NCBI GenBank assembly: GCA_019358935.1
Contig: JAHHIK010000012.1
Span: 40,283 to 104,282, forward strand
DNA length: 64,000 bases
Direction of reading: 5' to 3'
Origin: Tolypothrix carrinoi HA7290-LM1
GTDB taxonomy: Bacteria; Cyanobacteriota; Cyanobacteriia; Cyanobacteriales; Nostocaceae
The position numbers and the translations under genes are program-made. The notes under the pieces are model-generated. The model saw only the letters and a program-made list of their open reading frames with translations, was not told where the DNA came from and made no database searches. Positions 9,274 through 18,684 of this stretch are shown here, piece after piece. Each line of letters starts with the position of its first letter. The stretch's first letter is position 1.

Positions 9274-10179
9274 TCACGTATCATCACGATTTAACTCGCA
9301 TTGTGTCGTCTTCCGCGCCAAGTTGAGAAATGCGCTGATGACTGGTGAGGAATCATGCTGCCGCCAAGCCAGATAAAGTCCGGTTTTAGGTATCTGCTCT
9401 TGTAAGGGTCTGTAAATGACTCCGCTTCTGTGGAAGTTTTGCAAGGAGGCGGGAACGATCGCAATGCCCAGTCCTGCCGCAACTAAGCCGATGATCGTCT
9501 GCATCTGAACTGCCTCTTGAGCCACTTTCGGACGAAATCCAGCTTGTTGACAAATGGTAATAATCTGCTCGTAAAAGACGGGTCCCATTTTGGCAGGAAA
9601 TAGGATAAATAATTCCGAAGCCAATGTGGAGAGCGACACTTGAGTCTGGGCAGACAACGGATGGGTTTCTGGCAACGCCAAGACCAATGATTCTGGCAAA
9701 AGGCACTCCACACTCAAACCTGGTTCGCTGATAGCAGAACGAACAATGCCGATATCAACCTGTTTGTGATGCAGCGCTTGAATCTGTTGAGCAGTCGTCA
9801 GTTCATGCAATCGCAGTTCTACCGCCGGAAACTGTTCTCGAAAGACCCTTACAATCTCTGGTAGTAACGTATACATTGCAGAGTCAACAAAGCCGATCGC
9901 CAACCGTCCAACCTCACCCCGTCCTATCCGTTGTGTCACTGCGATCGCCTGTTCAAGTTGCGCTAACACCAGGTAGGAGCGCTCTAAAAACACTTTGCCT
10001 GCTTCGGTAAGCTGCACGTGTCGCTTCGTTCGTTCAAACAGCTTGACTCCTAGTTCATCTTCCAAACTGCGAATCTGCTGGCTAAGTGGGGGCTGGGAAA
10101 TGCACAACCGCTCTGCTGCTCGACTAAAGTGTAGTTCCTCAGCCACCGCGATGAAATAGTGCAGGTGCCGTAGTTCCAT
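9274..10179 (-). CDS. LysR family transcriptional regulator
   Basis: MELRHLHYFIAVAEELHFSRAAERL..SQPPLSQQI HTH plus substrate-binding domain. Confidence 0.95.
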   Translation of the reverse strand: MELRHLHYFIAVAEELHFSRAAERLCISQPPLSQQIRSLEDELGVKLFERTKRHVQLTEAGKVFLERSYLVLAQLEQAIAVTQRIGRGEVGRLAIGFVDSAMYTLLPEIVRVFREQFPAVELRLHELTTAQQIQALHHKQVDIGIVRSAISEPGLSVECLLPESLVLALPETHPLSAQTQVSLSTLASELFILFPAKMGPVFYEQIITICQQAGFRPKVAQEAVQMQTIIGLVAAGLGIAIVPASLQNFHRSGVIYRPLQEQIPKTGLYLAWRQHDSSPVISAFLNLARKTTQCELNRDDT

Positions 10180-10297
10180 CACACTTATATGTCTAACCTA
10201 TTAATCTTAGTCAAATATATATTGGACAGTCGCATGGCTGTCTTCTACCGTAAGAAATATGAAGCGTGTCTCACCGTATTTGTATTGGAGAAAACAA

Positions 10298-11179
10298 ATG
10301 AACTCAGACAAAAATTGTGTCGCTCCTAAAGTTTGGTTAATTACAGGATGCTCAACAGGATTCGGACGTGCCCTAGCAGAAGCTGTGTTGAAGAAGGGCG
10401 ACGAAGTGCTTGCTACTGCTCGCAAACCAGAGCAACTTCGCGCTTTGATTGAGCACTATCCAGAGACCGCAAAGGCTGTACGTCTAGATGTAACGTTATC
10501 CCAAGACACACAAGCAGCCGTTGATACAGCAATCGCCACATTTGGTCGAATTGATGTGCTGGTCAATAATGCTGGCTATGGACTGATTGGTGCACTCGAA
10601 GAAGTCAGTGATGCTGATATTCGCCAACAGTTTGAAACCAACTTCTTTGGGGCACTCCGTCTGATCCGAACTGTCTTGCCTGTGATGCGTCAGCAAGGCA
10701 GCGGTCACATTGTGAATATGTCATCCACAGCAGGATTAGTGGGATTTGGTGGAAGCAGTATCTACTGTGGCACTAAATTTGCCCTGGAAGGCACATCTGA
10801 AGCCCTGGCTAAGGAGGTTGAATCTCTTGGAATTAAAGTCACTTTAATTGAACCTGGGGCATTTCGCACAGACTTCAACGGACGCTCTCTGGCAGCAGCC
10901 GAACAATCCATTGATGCCTATGTTCCGGTGAGCGGGGCTTCATTGCAGTGGTTCAAAGATATGGATGGTCAGCAACCTGGCAATCCACGATCAGCGGCGC
11001 AAGCCATCGTTCAAGCTGTGGAAAGTCCTCATCCACCGATGCGACTGGTATTAGGCACGGATGCTATGAGCCTGATTCATGAAAAACTGGAATGGATCAA
11101 AACGGATTTGGATGTTTGGCAGCAGGTGACTGTAAGTACGGATTATACAGATAGTAACAGTGAGGTAATAGTTGGGTAG
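10298..11179 (+). CDS. Short-chain dehydrogenase/reductase
   Basis: WLITGCSTGFG, NNAG, YCGTK catalytic motif; GGAG RBS before ATG 10298. Confidence 0.93.
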   Translation: MNSDKNCVAPKVWLITGCSTGFGRALAEAVLKKGDEVLATARKPEQLRALIEHYPETAKAVRLDVTLSQDTQAAVDTAIATFGRIDVLVNNAGYGLIGALEEVSDADIRQQFETNFFGALRLIRTVLPVMRQQGSGHIVNMSSTAGLVGFGGSSIYCGTKFALEGTSEALAKEVESLGIKVTLIEPGAFRTDFNGRSLAAAEQSIDAYVPVSGASLQWFKDMDGQQPGNPRSAAQAIVQAVESPHPPMRLVLGTDAMSLIHEKLEWIKTDLDVWQQVTVSTDYTDSNSEVIVG

Positions 11180-11182
11180 CTA

Positions 11183-11373
11183 ATACCAGTTCTCTTTGAA
11201 GGCGCACAGAATCGTAGGTTGGGGAGCCACTTGCATGGGCGGGTTTCCCGACTTGAGCAAAGTGGCGTTTGAACGGCGTGAAACCCAACGAGTGCTGGAT
11301 TTTGTTGGGTTTCGTTTGACTCAACCCAACCTACAGTTATATGCAAGTCTAAAGAGACTTTCAACTCAACTAG
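11183..11373. repeat. REP/MITE-like palindromic element (GTAGGTTGGG...CCCAACCTAC) containing a nested 45-nt hairpin module
   Basis: Inverted GTAGGTTGGG/CCCAACCTAC and inner GAAACCCAAC/GTTGGGTTTC; module at 11224-11268. Confidence 0.65.
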
Positions 11374-11450
11374 GCGCGATCGCCCCAACGGTTCGGAAGA
11401 TAGATAGAGCCAGTCTACCCTCTACCCTTTAGCCTCTACCCTTTAGGATG

Positions 11451-11604
11451 TTATGCAGAAACTTTCGACCTATCCACCCAAATGAGCGTATTATGCGGAA
11501 AGATTCGGCTTAAACAGCGGCTTTGGAGTATTATACAGAAACTTTCTGTCTATCCGCCCACTGCGGATCTTAGGCGGAAACTTTCTGTCTATCAATTGTT
11601 AGAC
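11451..11604 (+). repeat. Four degenerate ~40-bp-period repeats (TTATGCGGAAACTTT...) ending in GTTAGAC; candidate attI-like site
   Basis: Units start at 11451, 11491, 11531 and 11570; GTTRRRY core at 11598-11604. Confidence 0.5.
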
Positions 11605-11658
11605 AGCTTTAAGTGATCTGTGAGGACATATTTCAAAGTTGTCGTGAGGTTGCAACAA

Positions 11659-12417
11659 TCAGTTTCGTCCTGCGGTTATGCCACCATCGACGGGCAAGAC
11701 AACTCCGGTGATCCAACTGGAACAAGCATCATCAGCTAAAAATAGAATTGCTGCTGTTGTATCCTTGACCTGCCCATTTCGCCCTAACGGATGAAAAGCG
11801 TTGAACGACGCAAGTTGTTCTGGTGTCAGCAAAGGGTCAAATAAAGGGGTTTCAACCACAGCAGGCGCGATCGCATTCACGCGAATCTTGTCGGGTGCAA
11901 ATTCGATTGCCAGGTTACGAGTCAGGGCGTGAACTCCACCCTTCGCTGTTGAAGATCCACTACAGGGCGTTGCGGCGATCGCATGATTTGACCACATCGA
12001 CCCAATATTCACGATCGCGCCACTGCCCCGTTGCCGCATTTGAGCGATCGCAGCCTGGGACATGAAAAAGTAGCCCTTCAGTAAGTTCAAATAACTGTCG
12101 AGGTCTTCTTCAGTGTGATCAAGGAAGGGTTTTGGTTGAAAAACGCCTGCATTGTTGAGCAGCACATCGACACCCCCAAATTGTTCGACGGCTAGATTCA
12201 CGATGCTCTGACTCGTCTGAGGGTGTCCAATGTCACCTGCCACGTAGACAACTCTTTCCTCAGTTGGGTCAATAGCATTAGCTGTTTGCGACAATAAATT
12301 TTCGCGCCGCCCATTGAGCACAATTTTCGCTCCCGCCTTGTAGAAGGCGTGTGCCACATCTGCACCAATGCCACTCCCGCCTCCGGTAACTAATACAACT
12401 TTGTCTCTCAAACTCAT
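11659..12417 (-). CDS. Short-chain dehydrogenase/reductase
   Basis: VLVTGGGSGIG, LLNNAG, IRVNAIAP, VDGG; catalytic Tyr position appears as S (SSTAK). Confidence 0.9.
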   Translation of the reverse strand: MSLRDKVVLVTGGGSGIGADVAHAFYKAGAKIVLNGRRENLLSQTANAIDPTEERVVYVAGDIGHPQTSQSIVNLAVEQFGGVDVLLNNAGVFQPKPFLDHTEEDLDSYLNLLKGYFFMSQAAIAQMRQRGSGAIVNIGSMWSNHAIAATPCSGSSTAKGGVHALTRNLAIEFAPDKIRVNAIAPAVVETPLFDPLLTPEQLASFNAFHPLGRNGQVKDTTAAILFLADDACSSWITGVVLPVDGGITAGRN

Positions 12418-12515
12418 GACCCTCTCCTAAATTGTTTATGCTTTAGCAATCAAGAGCATAGGAGATGGCGCAAATGCCCGCAAGCAGGCACAATTTTGTC
12501 AGGTAGGGTACTTTT

Positions 12516-12878
12516 ATGAAAGAAATGCAGTCGTTCCAAGACCTAAACGTTTCGGAAAACGTGCGGGATGTTGCCGAGGTTGTTGAGGCAGTATTTGGCT
12601 GTAAATGGTCGCTGCGAATTTTAGGGTTGATTCGACGAGGGATCTGTCGCCCTGGTGCGATCGAGCGAGAGTTGACAGGCTTAACCCCTAAAGTTCGGAA
12701 TTACTATTTTCGACGGATGATCAAGTTAGGCATTCTGGAACGAGTAGTGTATCCAGCAGTTCCGCCTCATGTAGAGTACAAACTCACGCATTTTGGGCTA
12801 CGGTTCATGCCGATTTTAGATTCCATTGAAGCGTTACAGCGTGAACTTGAGGTAGACAGTAAGAAGCAAGGTTTGTAG
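12516..12878 (+). CDS. HxlR family winged-helix transcriptional regulator
   Basis: GCKWSLRIL, R.VYP.VPPHVEYKLT.FG. Confidence 0.9.
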   Translation: MKEMQSFQDLNVSENVRDVAEVVEAVFGCKWSLRILGLIRRGICRPGAIERELTGLTPKVRNYYFRRMIKLGILERVVYPAVPPHVEYKLTHFGLRFMPILDSIEALQRELEVDSKKQGL

Positions 12879-12892
12879 GGTGTTTAACCGCT

Positions 12893-12980
12893 GTCGAACA
12901 ACCGTGTTGCAGCGGAACGTACCAGCCTTCTTCGTTGAGTTGCAAAGGCGATCTGCGTCCGCTGAACACGACCGTTAGGC
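12893..12980 (+). mobile_element. Integron attC recombination site
   Basis: GTCGAAC ... CGTGTT(G)CAGCGGA / TCCGCTGAACACG ... GTTAGGC; 88-bp imperfect palindrome with an extrahelical base. Confidence 0.8.
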
Positions 12981-13009
12981 CCTACTGCGTATCCTTCACC
13001 ACACCGCTT

Positions 13010-13393
13010 ATGCCAGATCAACCTGCACTCCTAATCGAACTGCTCCGCGCGGCCTACGCGGCCTTTAACGCGCGAGACATTGACGCTGCCCTTGCCCTCA
13101 TGACTCCGGACGTGGTTTGGCCGAGAGCATTCAAAGGCGGTTTTGTCCGTGGACCTGAAGAAGTCCGCGCTTACTGGACGGAGCAATGGAGCGAGATCAA
13201 CGGGCACGTGGAGCCGGTGACTTTTCACCCGGAGGAGTCCGGACGTATCTTGGTCGAAGTGCATCAGGTCGTGCGCGACCTAGCTGGAGCCGTTCTTGCC
13301 GATGAGCACGTCGGTCATCGTTTCACCATTGCGCAGGGCTTGATTCAAGCCATGGAAGTCTGTCCGCTTCCATCGTCCGGCCACACAGCCTAA
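13010..13393 (+). CDS. NTF2-like/SnoaL-like protein carried on an integron gene cassette
   Basis: YAAFNARDIDAALALM.PDV.W..G.EEVRAYW motif; visibly GC-rich; stop codon lies inside GCCTAAC. Confidence 0.9.
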   Translation: MPDQPALLIELLRAAYAAFNARDIDAALALMTPDVVWPRAFKGGFVRGPEEVRAYWTEQWSEINGHVEPVTFHPEESGRILVEVHQVVRDLAGAVLADEHVGHRFTIAQGLIQAMEVCPLPSSGHTA

Positions 13394-13490
13394 CACGGCG
13401 CTCGAGCGAACGCTTCAGGGCGGCCACCCCGGTTCCGTTCTTCACACCAACAGGCGCCCTGAAGCGTCGCTCAGCTTTGATCCGTTAGCT
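13388..13490 (+). mobile_element. Integron attC recombination site
   Basis: GCCTAAC ... GCT(C)GAGCGA(A)CGCTTCAGGGCG / CGCCCTGAAGCGTCGCTCAGC ... GTTAGCT; two extrahelical bases. Confidence 0.88.
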
Positions 13491-13576
13491 CACGTTAAGA
13501 AGTAACCTCCAGATTTTGATGAACGTCGTAAATCCATTCCAAGCAAGATAGGGGAGCAACCAACGAAACGCCATTT

Positions 13577-14090
13577 TTGACGCATGCCATCAGTATTAAT
13601 TTAGAAGCACCAACATGGCTGGCTCAAGCTGCCTTTCCGATTATGAAGCGACAAAACTACGGACGGATTGTGCTTACGACTTCAGATAGAGCTATTTATC
13701 AGCAATATGCACTCAGTGGTCTCGCCCCTTATGCTATGGGAAAAATGGCACAGATAGGTCTGATGAATGTGCTCGCGGTTGAAGGCAAAGAGCATGGAAT
13801 TCTCGTTAATGCGATTTCGCCGGTAGCCAAAACGCGGATGTGGAACGTACACTCCAAAGCCAGAGGATTTGCGACCCGATCAAGTAGCCCCTGGAGTGTT
13901 ATACCTCGCTTCTTTTGAATGCCGAGAGTCTGGATTTATATTAAGGGCAAGCAATGGTCAATTCACAGCCGCGCGCTGGATCGAGCGAAACAACGTGGAC
14001 TATCCGTTAAACCTTGCCGCTGTTGAAAGTTCTACTGCGGAGGATTTGGCTACTCGCTGGCAGGAAATTGCTGCGGATGTTGCGTTTTAA
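13577..14090 (+). pseudogene. Truncated, frameshifted SDR oxidoreductase fragment
   Basis: YGRIVLTTS, YAMGK, ILVNAISP; no N-terminal Rossmann motif; frame change near 13855. Confidence 0.75.
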
Positions 14091-14280
14091 GGACTAGGCT
14101 TGTACTTCGAGATGGTCTGTAGGGAAATCGAGATTATTGGTGGGAGAGTAGTTGAAAGAATGTGGGTAAGGGGCGATCGCTTTTCTCCCCAACGCCTTCG
14201 GTGAATGAGAGCAATTGCGAAATCTAGAATCATTGTTGATAAATGATTTATTTCATCAAATCGGGATGAGCCTCAAATAA

Positions 14281-14967
14281 ATGAGTGATTCTACTGAATA
14301 TCTTTTAGACTCTTTTCCCGTGCCAATGTGTGATAATATCCGGATATTCAATGTAAAATTAATCAAGTCAGAAGAGTACAGAGGTTAGATTGCATCGAAA
14401 AAACGCTATTTTTACGGGGTTCGAGTTCAGTTATTAACGATTAAAAGTGGTGTCCCAGTTGAGTTTGTCTTCATGCCTGGTAGCGCTGCTGATGTGCGGG
14501 CATTAAATGCGTTACCGTTAAATCTGCCACCAGGTAGTGAAATTTATACTGACTCCGCATACACTGATTATACTTCGGAAGATGACCTGAGAAAGACGAG
14601 TCAAATTGAGTTGAAAGTGATGCGTAAAAAGAACTCTAAGCGTAAAGATGAGCCGTGGAATCAATACATTAAACAATCTACTCGGCATTACCCAATCGAC
14701 TGTGTTCAGCGCGATTACTTGTGTTTTCCCTAAATCGATTCATGCAGTCACATATAGAGGGTTTTTACTGAAACTCGAAGCATTTATTTTTGCCTTTACT
14801 CTTCAACAAGCATTTAGAGAATGAGTTAAATATAATACTTGAATTTGATTCAAGACTTGCACTTTTGATTGAGTCAAAGTCGCGGAGTCGCGGCGGCGCT
14901 ACCGCCTACTTGTCGTGCGGTAACGCTCAAAGTAGTACACTTGTATTTAATAACCTGCAACTTGGGT
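14281..14967 (+). mobile_element. IS982-family transposase remnant (5' truncated, internal stop and frameshift)
   Basis: YLLDSFPVPMCDNIRI..YRG*IASKKRYFYG..IYTDSAYTDY; terminal GCAACTTGGGT resembles an IS982 right end. Confidence 0.8.
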
Positions 14968-15019
14968 TAGTAAGGGATAGAGCCGCTTAAAACCTTTATA
15001 TTTGAGCGGTAAACCGCTC

Positions 15020-15398
15020 ACCCTTCTCTATGAGACCAAGGCGAACGGGTTAGCCAGTCGCTCATGGGGAGCCAGTGCGTTGGGGAGGACACCTGCGTGG
15101 GCGGGTTTCCCGACTTGAGCAGTGTGTCCGTTGAGGCAGTGCGGTCTTGGGGTTTCACGCCACTCCCCTCAAGTCGGGAAACCCTTCCTGTGGGGGTGGC
15201 TCCCCAAGTGGAGGAGGCAGTGCGGTCTTGGGAGCAAATCGCCACTTGCGCGTCTGCCGGGAAACCCGTCCAACGCAGTGGCTCCCCAAGTGAAGCACCT
15301 GCCGTCATCTGCCGTCGGCTCTGCCGACTTGTTCGCGCAGCGTCTCCGCATCTGAGAAGCACCTGGCGTGGAGACCCCCTGTTCTGCGCGCTGGCTCA
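15020..15398. repeat. Composite of nested ~45-nt and ~24-nt hairpin repeat modules
   Basis: Multiple GCCAG/C...GGGAAACCC...C/GTGGCTC modules in both orientations. Confidence 0.8.
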
Positions 15399-15467
15399 CT
15401 ACGAACTAAGAAATTATTTTACGTTTAATTTCGCCTACTTCCTTATTGACTCCTAACTTCTAACTAA

Positions 15468-15674
15468 TCAAAATACCTCATTTTCAATACCGCGCCACCA
15501 TTCCCCCAAATTCATCAAATCTTCGTGTATGTCTGCTAATTCACCGGCGTAGTCATTTTCTGAAAGCGTCGCTTGACGTTCTTTGAGCTTTTTCAGTCGC
15601 AGTTGCACCAACAGCCAAGGTTTAGTGATGCTATTCGTGGCTTCGATGTATTCCGCTAGTTCTTTGCTATTCAT
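15468..15674 (-). CDS. Small hypothetical protein (68 aa)
   Basis: Clean ORF with upstream AAGG; helical composition; KPWLLVQLRL..DLMNLGEWW. Confidence 0.65.
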   Translation of the reverse strand: MNSKELAEYIEATNSITKPWLLVQLRLKKLKERQATLSENDYAGELADIHEDLMNLGEWWRGIENEVF

Positions 15675-15748
15675 AAATTTTGATTTTTATTGCACTACCT
15701 TTTAAGATACAAGTTATGTAGCAATCCGTTTATAATTCGTGAAAAACA

Positions 15749-15781
15749 AGATACCCGACTTCTTTAAGAAGTCGGGTATCT
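15749..15781. repeat. Palindromic repeat AGATACCCGACTTCTTTAAGAAGTCGGGTATCT (degenerate copy at about 16763-16796); may terminate sodB
   Basis: Perfect hairpin; related copy on the other side of sodB. Confidence 0.7.
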
Positions 15782-15849
15782 GAGCCGGAAAAACAGCCAC
15801 GAAAGAAAAATGTTTTCCGCGTTACAGTGCTGACAAAAAAAGCAGATAA

Positions 15850-16452
15850 TTAAGCCTTAGCTAAATTTTGTGCAACAAAATCCCAGTTTACCAACTGATC
15901 TAAGAAGTTCTTGATAAAGGCAGGACGAGCATTGCGGAAGTCAATGTAGTAAGCATGTTCCCAAACGTCTAGAGTTAGGAGTGCTTTCTGACCATGAGCT
16001 AGAGGGTTCTCTGCATTCGGTGTTTTCGTCACCTTCAGCGTACCATTATCATCAATCAACCAAGCCCATCCGCTGCCAAACTGCGTTGTAGCCGCGTTAG
16101 AAAACTCTTCTTTGAATTTATCAAAGCTACCAAAATCTTTGTCAATTTTAGCAGCTAAATCACCGCTTGGTGTACCGCCGCCTGCTGGCTTCAAAGAATT
16201 CCAAAAGAAAGTATGATTCCAAACTTGAGCCGCGTTGTTGAAAACTCCTGTTAAAGAGGGGTCTTTAAAAGAAATTTTGATCACCTCTTCTAGAGGTTTA
16301 TCTGCGAGGTCTTTACCTTCAACGAGCTTGTTAAGGTTATCTACATAAGCTTTATGATGCTTGCCATAGTGATACTCGAAAGTCTCAGCTTTCATGCCAT
16401 ATGGCTCTAAAGCGTTAAAGTCAAAGGGTAGGGGGTCTTGTGTAAATGCCAT
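15850..16452 (-). CDS. sodB: Fe superoxide dismutase
   Basis: HYGKHH, FNNAAQVWNH (Fe-type AAQ), FGSGWAW, DVWEHAYY. Confidence 0.96.
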   Translation of the reverse strand: MAFTQDPLPFDFNALEPYGMKAETFEYHYGKHHKAYVDNLNKLVEGKDLADKPLEEVIKISFKDPSLTGVFNNAAQVWNHTFFWNSLKPAGGGTPSGDLAAKIDKDFGSFDKFKEEFSNAATTQFGSGWAWLIDDNGTLKVTKTPNAENPLAHGQKALLTLDVWEHAYYIDFRNARPAFIKNFLDQLVNWDFVAQNLAKA

Positions 16453-16863
16453 GAGTGTGAAATCCTCTCTTTACCGTTTTCCAGTTTAAAGCTAATGCTA
16501 CAGCTTTGGAAATTACAGGTTTTGTGTTGAGCAATTGAAGATGCTGAACACTGTAAAATAAAACTTTACATTGTTATTTTACTACCAAAGGCAGGATTCA
16601 GACAAAGTGGTTTTGTCACAATTGAGGTCAAATCTACCTAAATGAATACACAATAAGTAAGAGATTATGCCGATTATGTCTCGATAGATATATTTTGTAA
16701 TCAAGTAATTTTAATATAAAATGATCATCTATAGCAATCCGCTCATAAGAGCGTAAACAACAAGATTCCCGACTTATTAAAGAAGTCACCGAATCTGAAT
16801 CAATGGATTTTTACAAAGTAATAACTCTAAAAGATAATTATTTTTTCATAAGTCTAATTTTAA

Positions 16864-16891
16864 TAATGGTGAGTAAATGCTCACCATTATA
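16864..16891 (-). terminator. Hairpin, probable terminator downstream of panC-cmk
   Basis: TAATGGTGAG-TAAATG-CTCACCATTA inverted repeat in AT-rich context. Confidence 0.5.
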
Positions 16892-17016
16892 TTTAACTAA
16901 TAACTAACAGTAGATTGTATTAACTTAAGGCGAGACAAAGAGCCGGAGTGAATTTTTTAGGATATGTCCCGGCTTAAGTTGAGTAGCGCAGCAATTTGTG
17001 TTAATTACAATTGAGA

Positions 17017-18609
17017 TTACCTTTGCTGGTAGAAGTCAACAATTTTTGCCGTGACTTCTGAAATTGAGAGACCATCGGTTTGTATTTCAATTGCATCTGC
17101 TGCTTTCTGCAAGGGGGAAACTTTGCGGGTGCTATCTTTCCAGTCGCGTTCTGCGATGTCTTTTTCCAGCTGCTCTAAACTGACTTCGGGTTGACCTTGT
17201 TTTTTAAAGTCTTGCTGACGACGCCGTGCGCGTTCGCTAACCGAAGCGGTTAAAAAGATTTTGACTTCAGCATCGGGAAAAACGTGAGTACCGATATCCC
17301 GTCCTTCAGCAACTAAACCACCTTTTTTACCCCAGTTCTGCTGTTGTTTAACTAATGCTTCACGTACAGCGCTTTGTGCGGCTATGGCGGATACTTTTGA
17401 TGTTACTCCTGGCGTGCGAATTACCTGAGTAACATCAGTATGATTAATCCAGACTCGCACAGGAGATTGTAAATTTTCGCCTTGAGTCAGTTCAATGACA
17501 CACAGGTTAGCTAATTCAGCGATCGCACACTCATCATCCAAAGCAATTTCTTCTTGCAACACTAGCCAGGTGAAAGCTCGGTACATTGCGCCAGTATCTA
17601 AATATACTAGACCCAAGTTCGCTGCCACTTGACGAGCCACCGTTGATTTACCAGCACCAGCCGGTCCATCAATGGCGATGACGGGAGAGCGATCGCGCAG
17701 GATGGTATTATCAATCAAACGTGTAGAACCAAGACGAGCTGCGATCGCAAGCATTCCTTCCTCCTTAACTTCCTCTAAAGACATCAACGTAGTCGGTTCA
17801 ACCAATTCAATATATTCCACTAAAACAGTAGTGACCATTGCTAGTTCTTGCTCCACCACCGCTATAAGAGTGCTGGTGTTACGAACGCCCGCTTTAAATG
17901 CTGCTTCAGCTTGCCGCAAGCCGCGATATAATGCCGCTGCCTGCTGCTTTTGCGTTGCAGTCAAATATTGATTGCGGGAACTCAAGGCAAGCCCCGATGC
18001 TTCGCGCACCGTTGGACAAGCAACAATTTCTGTCGGCAAATTCAAATCAGCTACTAGCTTTCTAATAATTGCCAGTTGCTGACCATCCTTTTGACCGAAA
18101 TAGGCTCGATCGGGCTGTACCAAGTTTAAAAGCTTGGTAACAATCGTAGCCACACCCTGAAAGTGACCTAGCCGAGAACGACCACACAAGCGTGATATCA
18201 TAGCAGATGGAGGGATAACTTGTGTAACAATTGAATCTTGTATACTCTTCTGCGGAACTCCTAATTCCTCCGGAGAAGGCGCAAAAATCGCATCCACACC
18301 AGCTTGTTCACAAAATTGCCCATCTGCCTTCAAAGTTCGAGGATAGCGTTGAAAATCCTCATTGGGACCAAATTGCAGGGGATTGACGAATATACTGACG
18401 ATTACCGTGGCGTTTTCTCGCCGTGCCCGTTCTATCAAGCTTAAATGACCTTGATGCAAAGCCCCCATCGTCGGAACCAGACCAACTGGTGTTTGATACC
18501 AGCTGGTTGCCTCATTTGATAGCAGTTCCTCCGACTGGCAAAGCTGATTTTCCGAACGACGTTTAGCTAAATAACAGCGTAAAGCTGCAACTGTTGTCAG
18601 CAGGCGCAC
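17017..18609 (-). CDS. panC/cmk: Bifunctional pantoate-beta-alanine ligase/cytidylate kinase
   Basis: VPTMGALHQGH, FGQKD, LALSSRN, RLIDN; then IAIDGPAGAGKST, DTGAMYR, EGRDIGT. Confidence 0.97.
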   Translation of the reverse strand: MRLLTTVAALRCYLAKRRSENQLCQSEELLSNEATSWYQTPVGLVPTMGALHQGHLSLIERARRENATVIVSIFVNPLQFGPNEDFQRYPRTLKADGQFCEQAGVDAIFAPSPEELGVPQKSIQDSIVTQVIPPSAMISRLCGRSRLGHFQGVATIVTKLLNLVQPDRAYFGQKDGQQLAIIRKLVADLNLPTEIVACPTVREASGLALSSRNQYLTATQKQQAAALYRGLRQAEAAFKAGVRNTSTLIAVVEQELAMVTTVLVEYIELVEPTTLMSLEEVKEEGMLAIAARLGSTRLIDNTILRDRSPVIAIDGPAGAGKSTVARQVAANLGLVYLDTGAMYRAFTWLVLQEEIALDDECAIAELANLCVIELTQGENLQSPVRVWINHTDVTQVIRTPGVTSKVSAIAAQSAVREALVKQQQNWGKKGGLVAEGRDIGTHVFPDAEVKIFLTASVSERARRRQQDFKKQGQPEVSLEQLEKDIAERDWKDSTRKVSPLQKAADAIEIQTDGLSISEVTAKIVDFYQQR

Positions 18610-18684
18610 AAAATACCCCTAGTTCTTCTTGAGCCTCTCCCCCGTTAGTTTATATCTGAATTCGGGGGAAAAACGAATGAACTA

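Noticed and set aside
11451..11595. 40-bp-period repeats as a mini-CRISPR
   Set aside because: Repeats are short, degenerate and non-palindromic, the intervening parts resemble each other, and there are no cas genes
12935..13009. N-terminal extension of the SnoaL ORF from the TTG at 12935
   Set aside because: It runs through the attC site; the ATG at 13010 inside the cassette is more plausible
15018..15456. Four overlapping GC-rich ORFs (similar ones at 61316-61557)
   Set aside because: Explained by nested hairpin repeat modules
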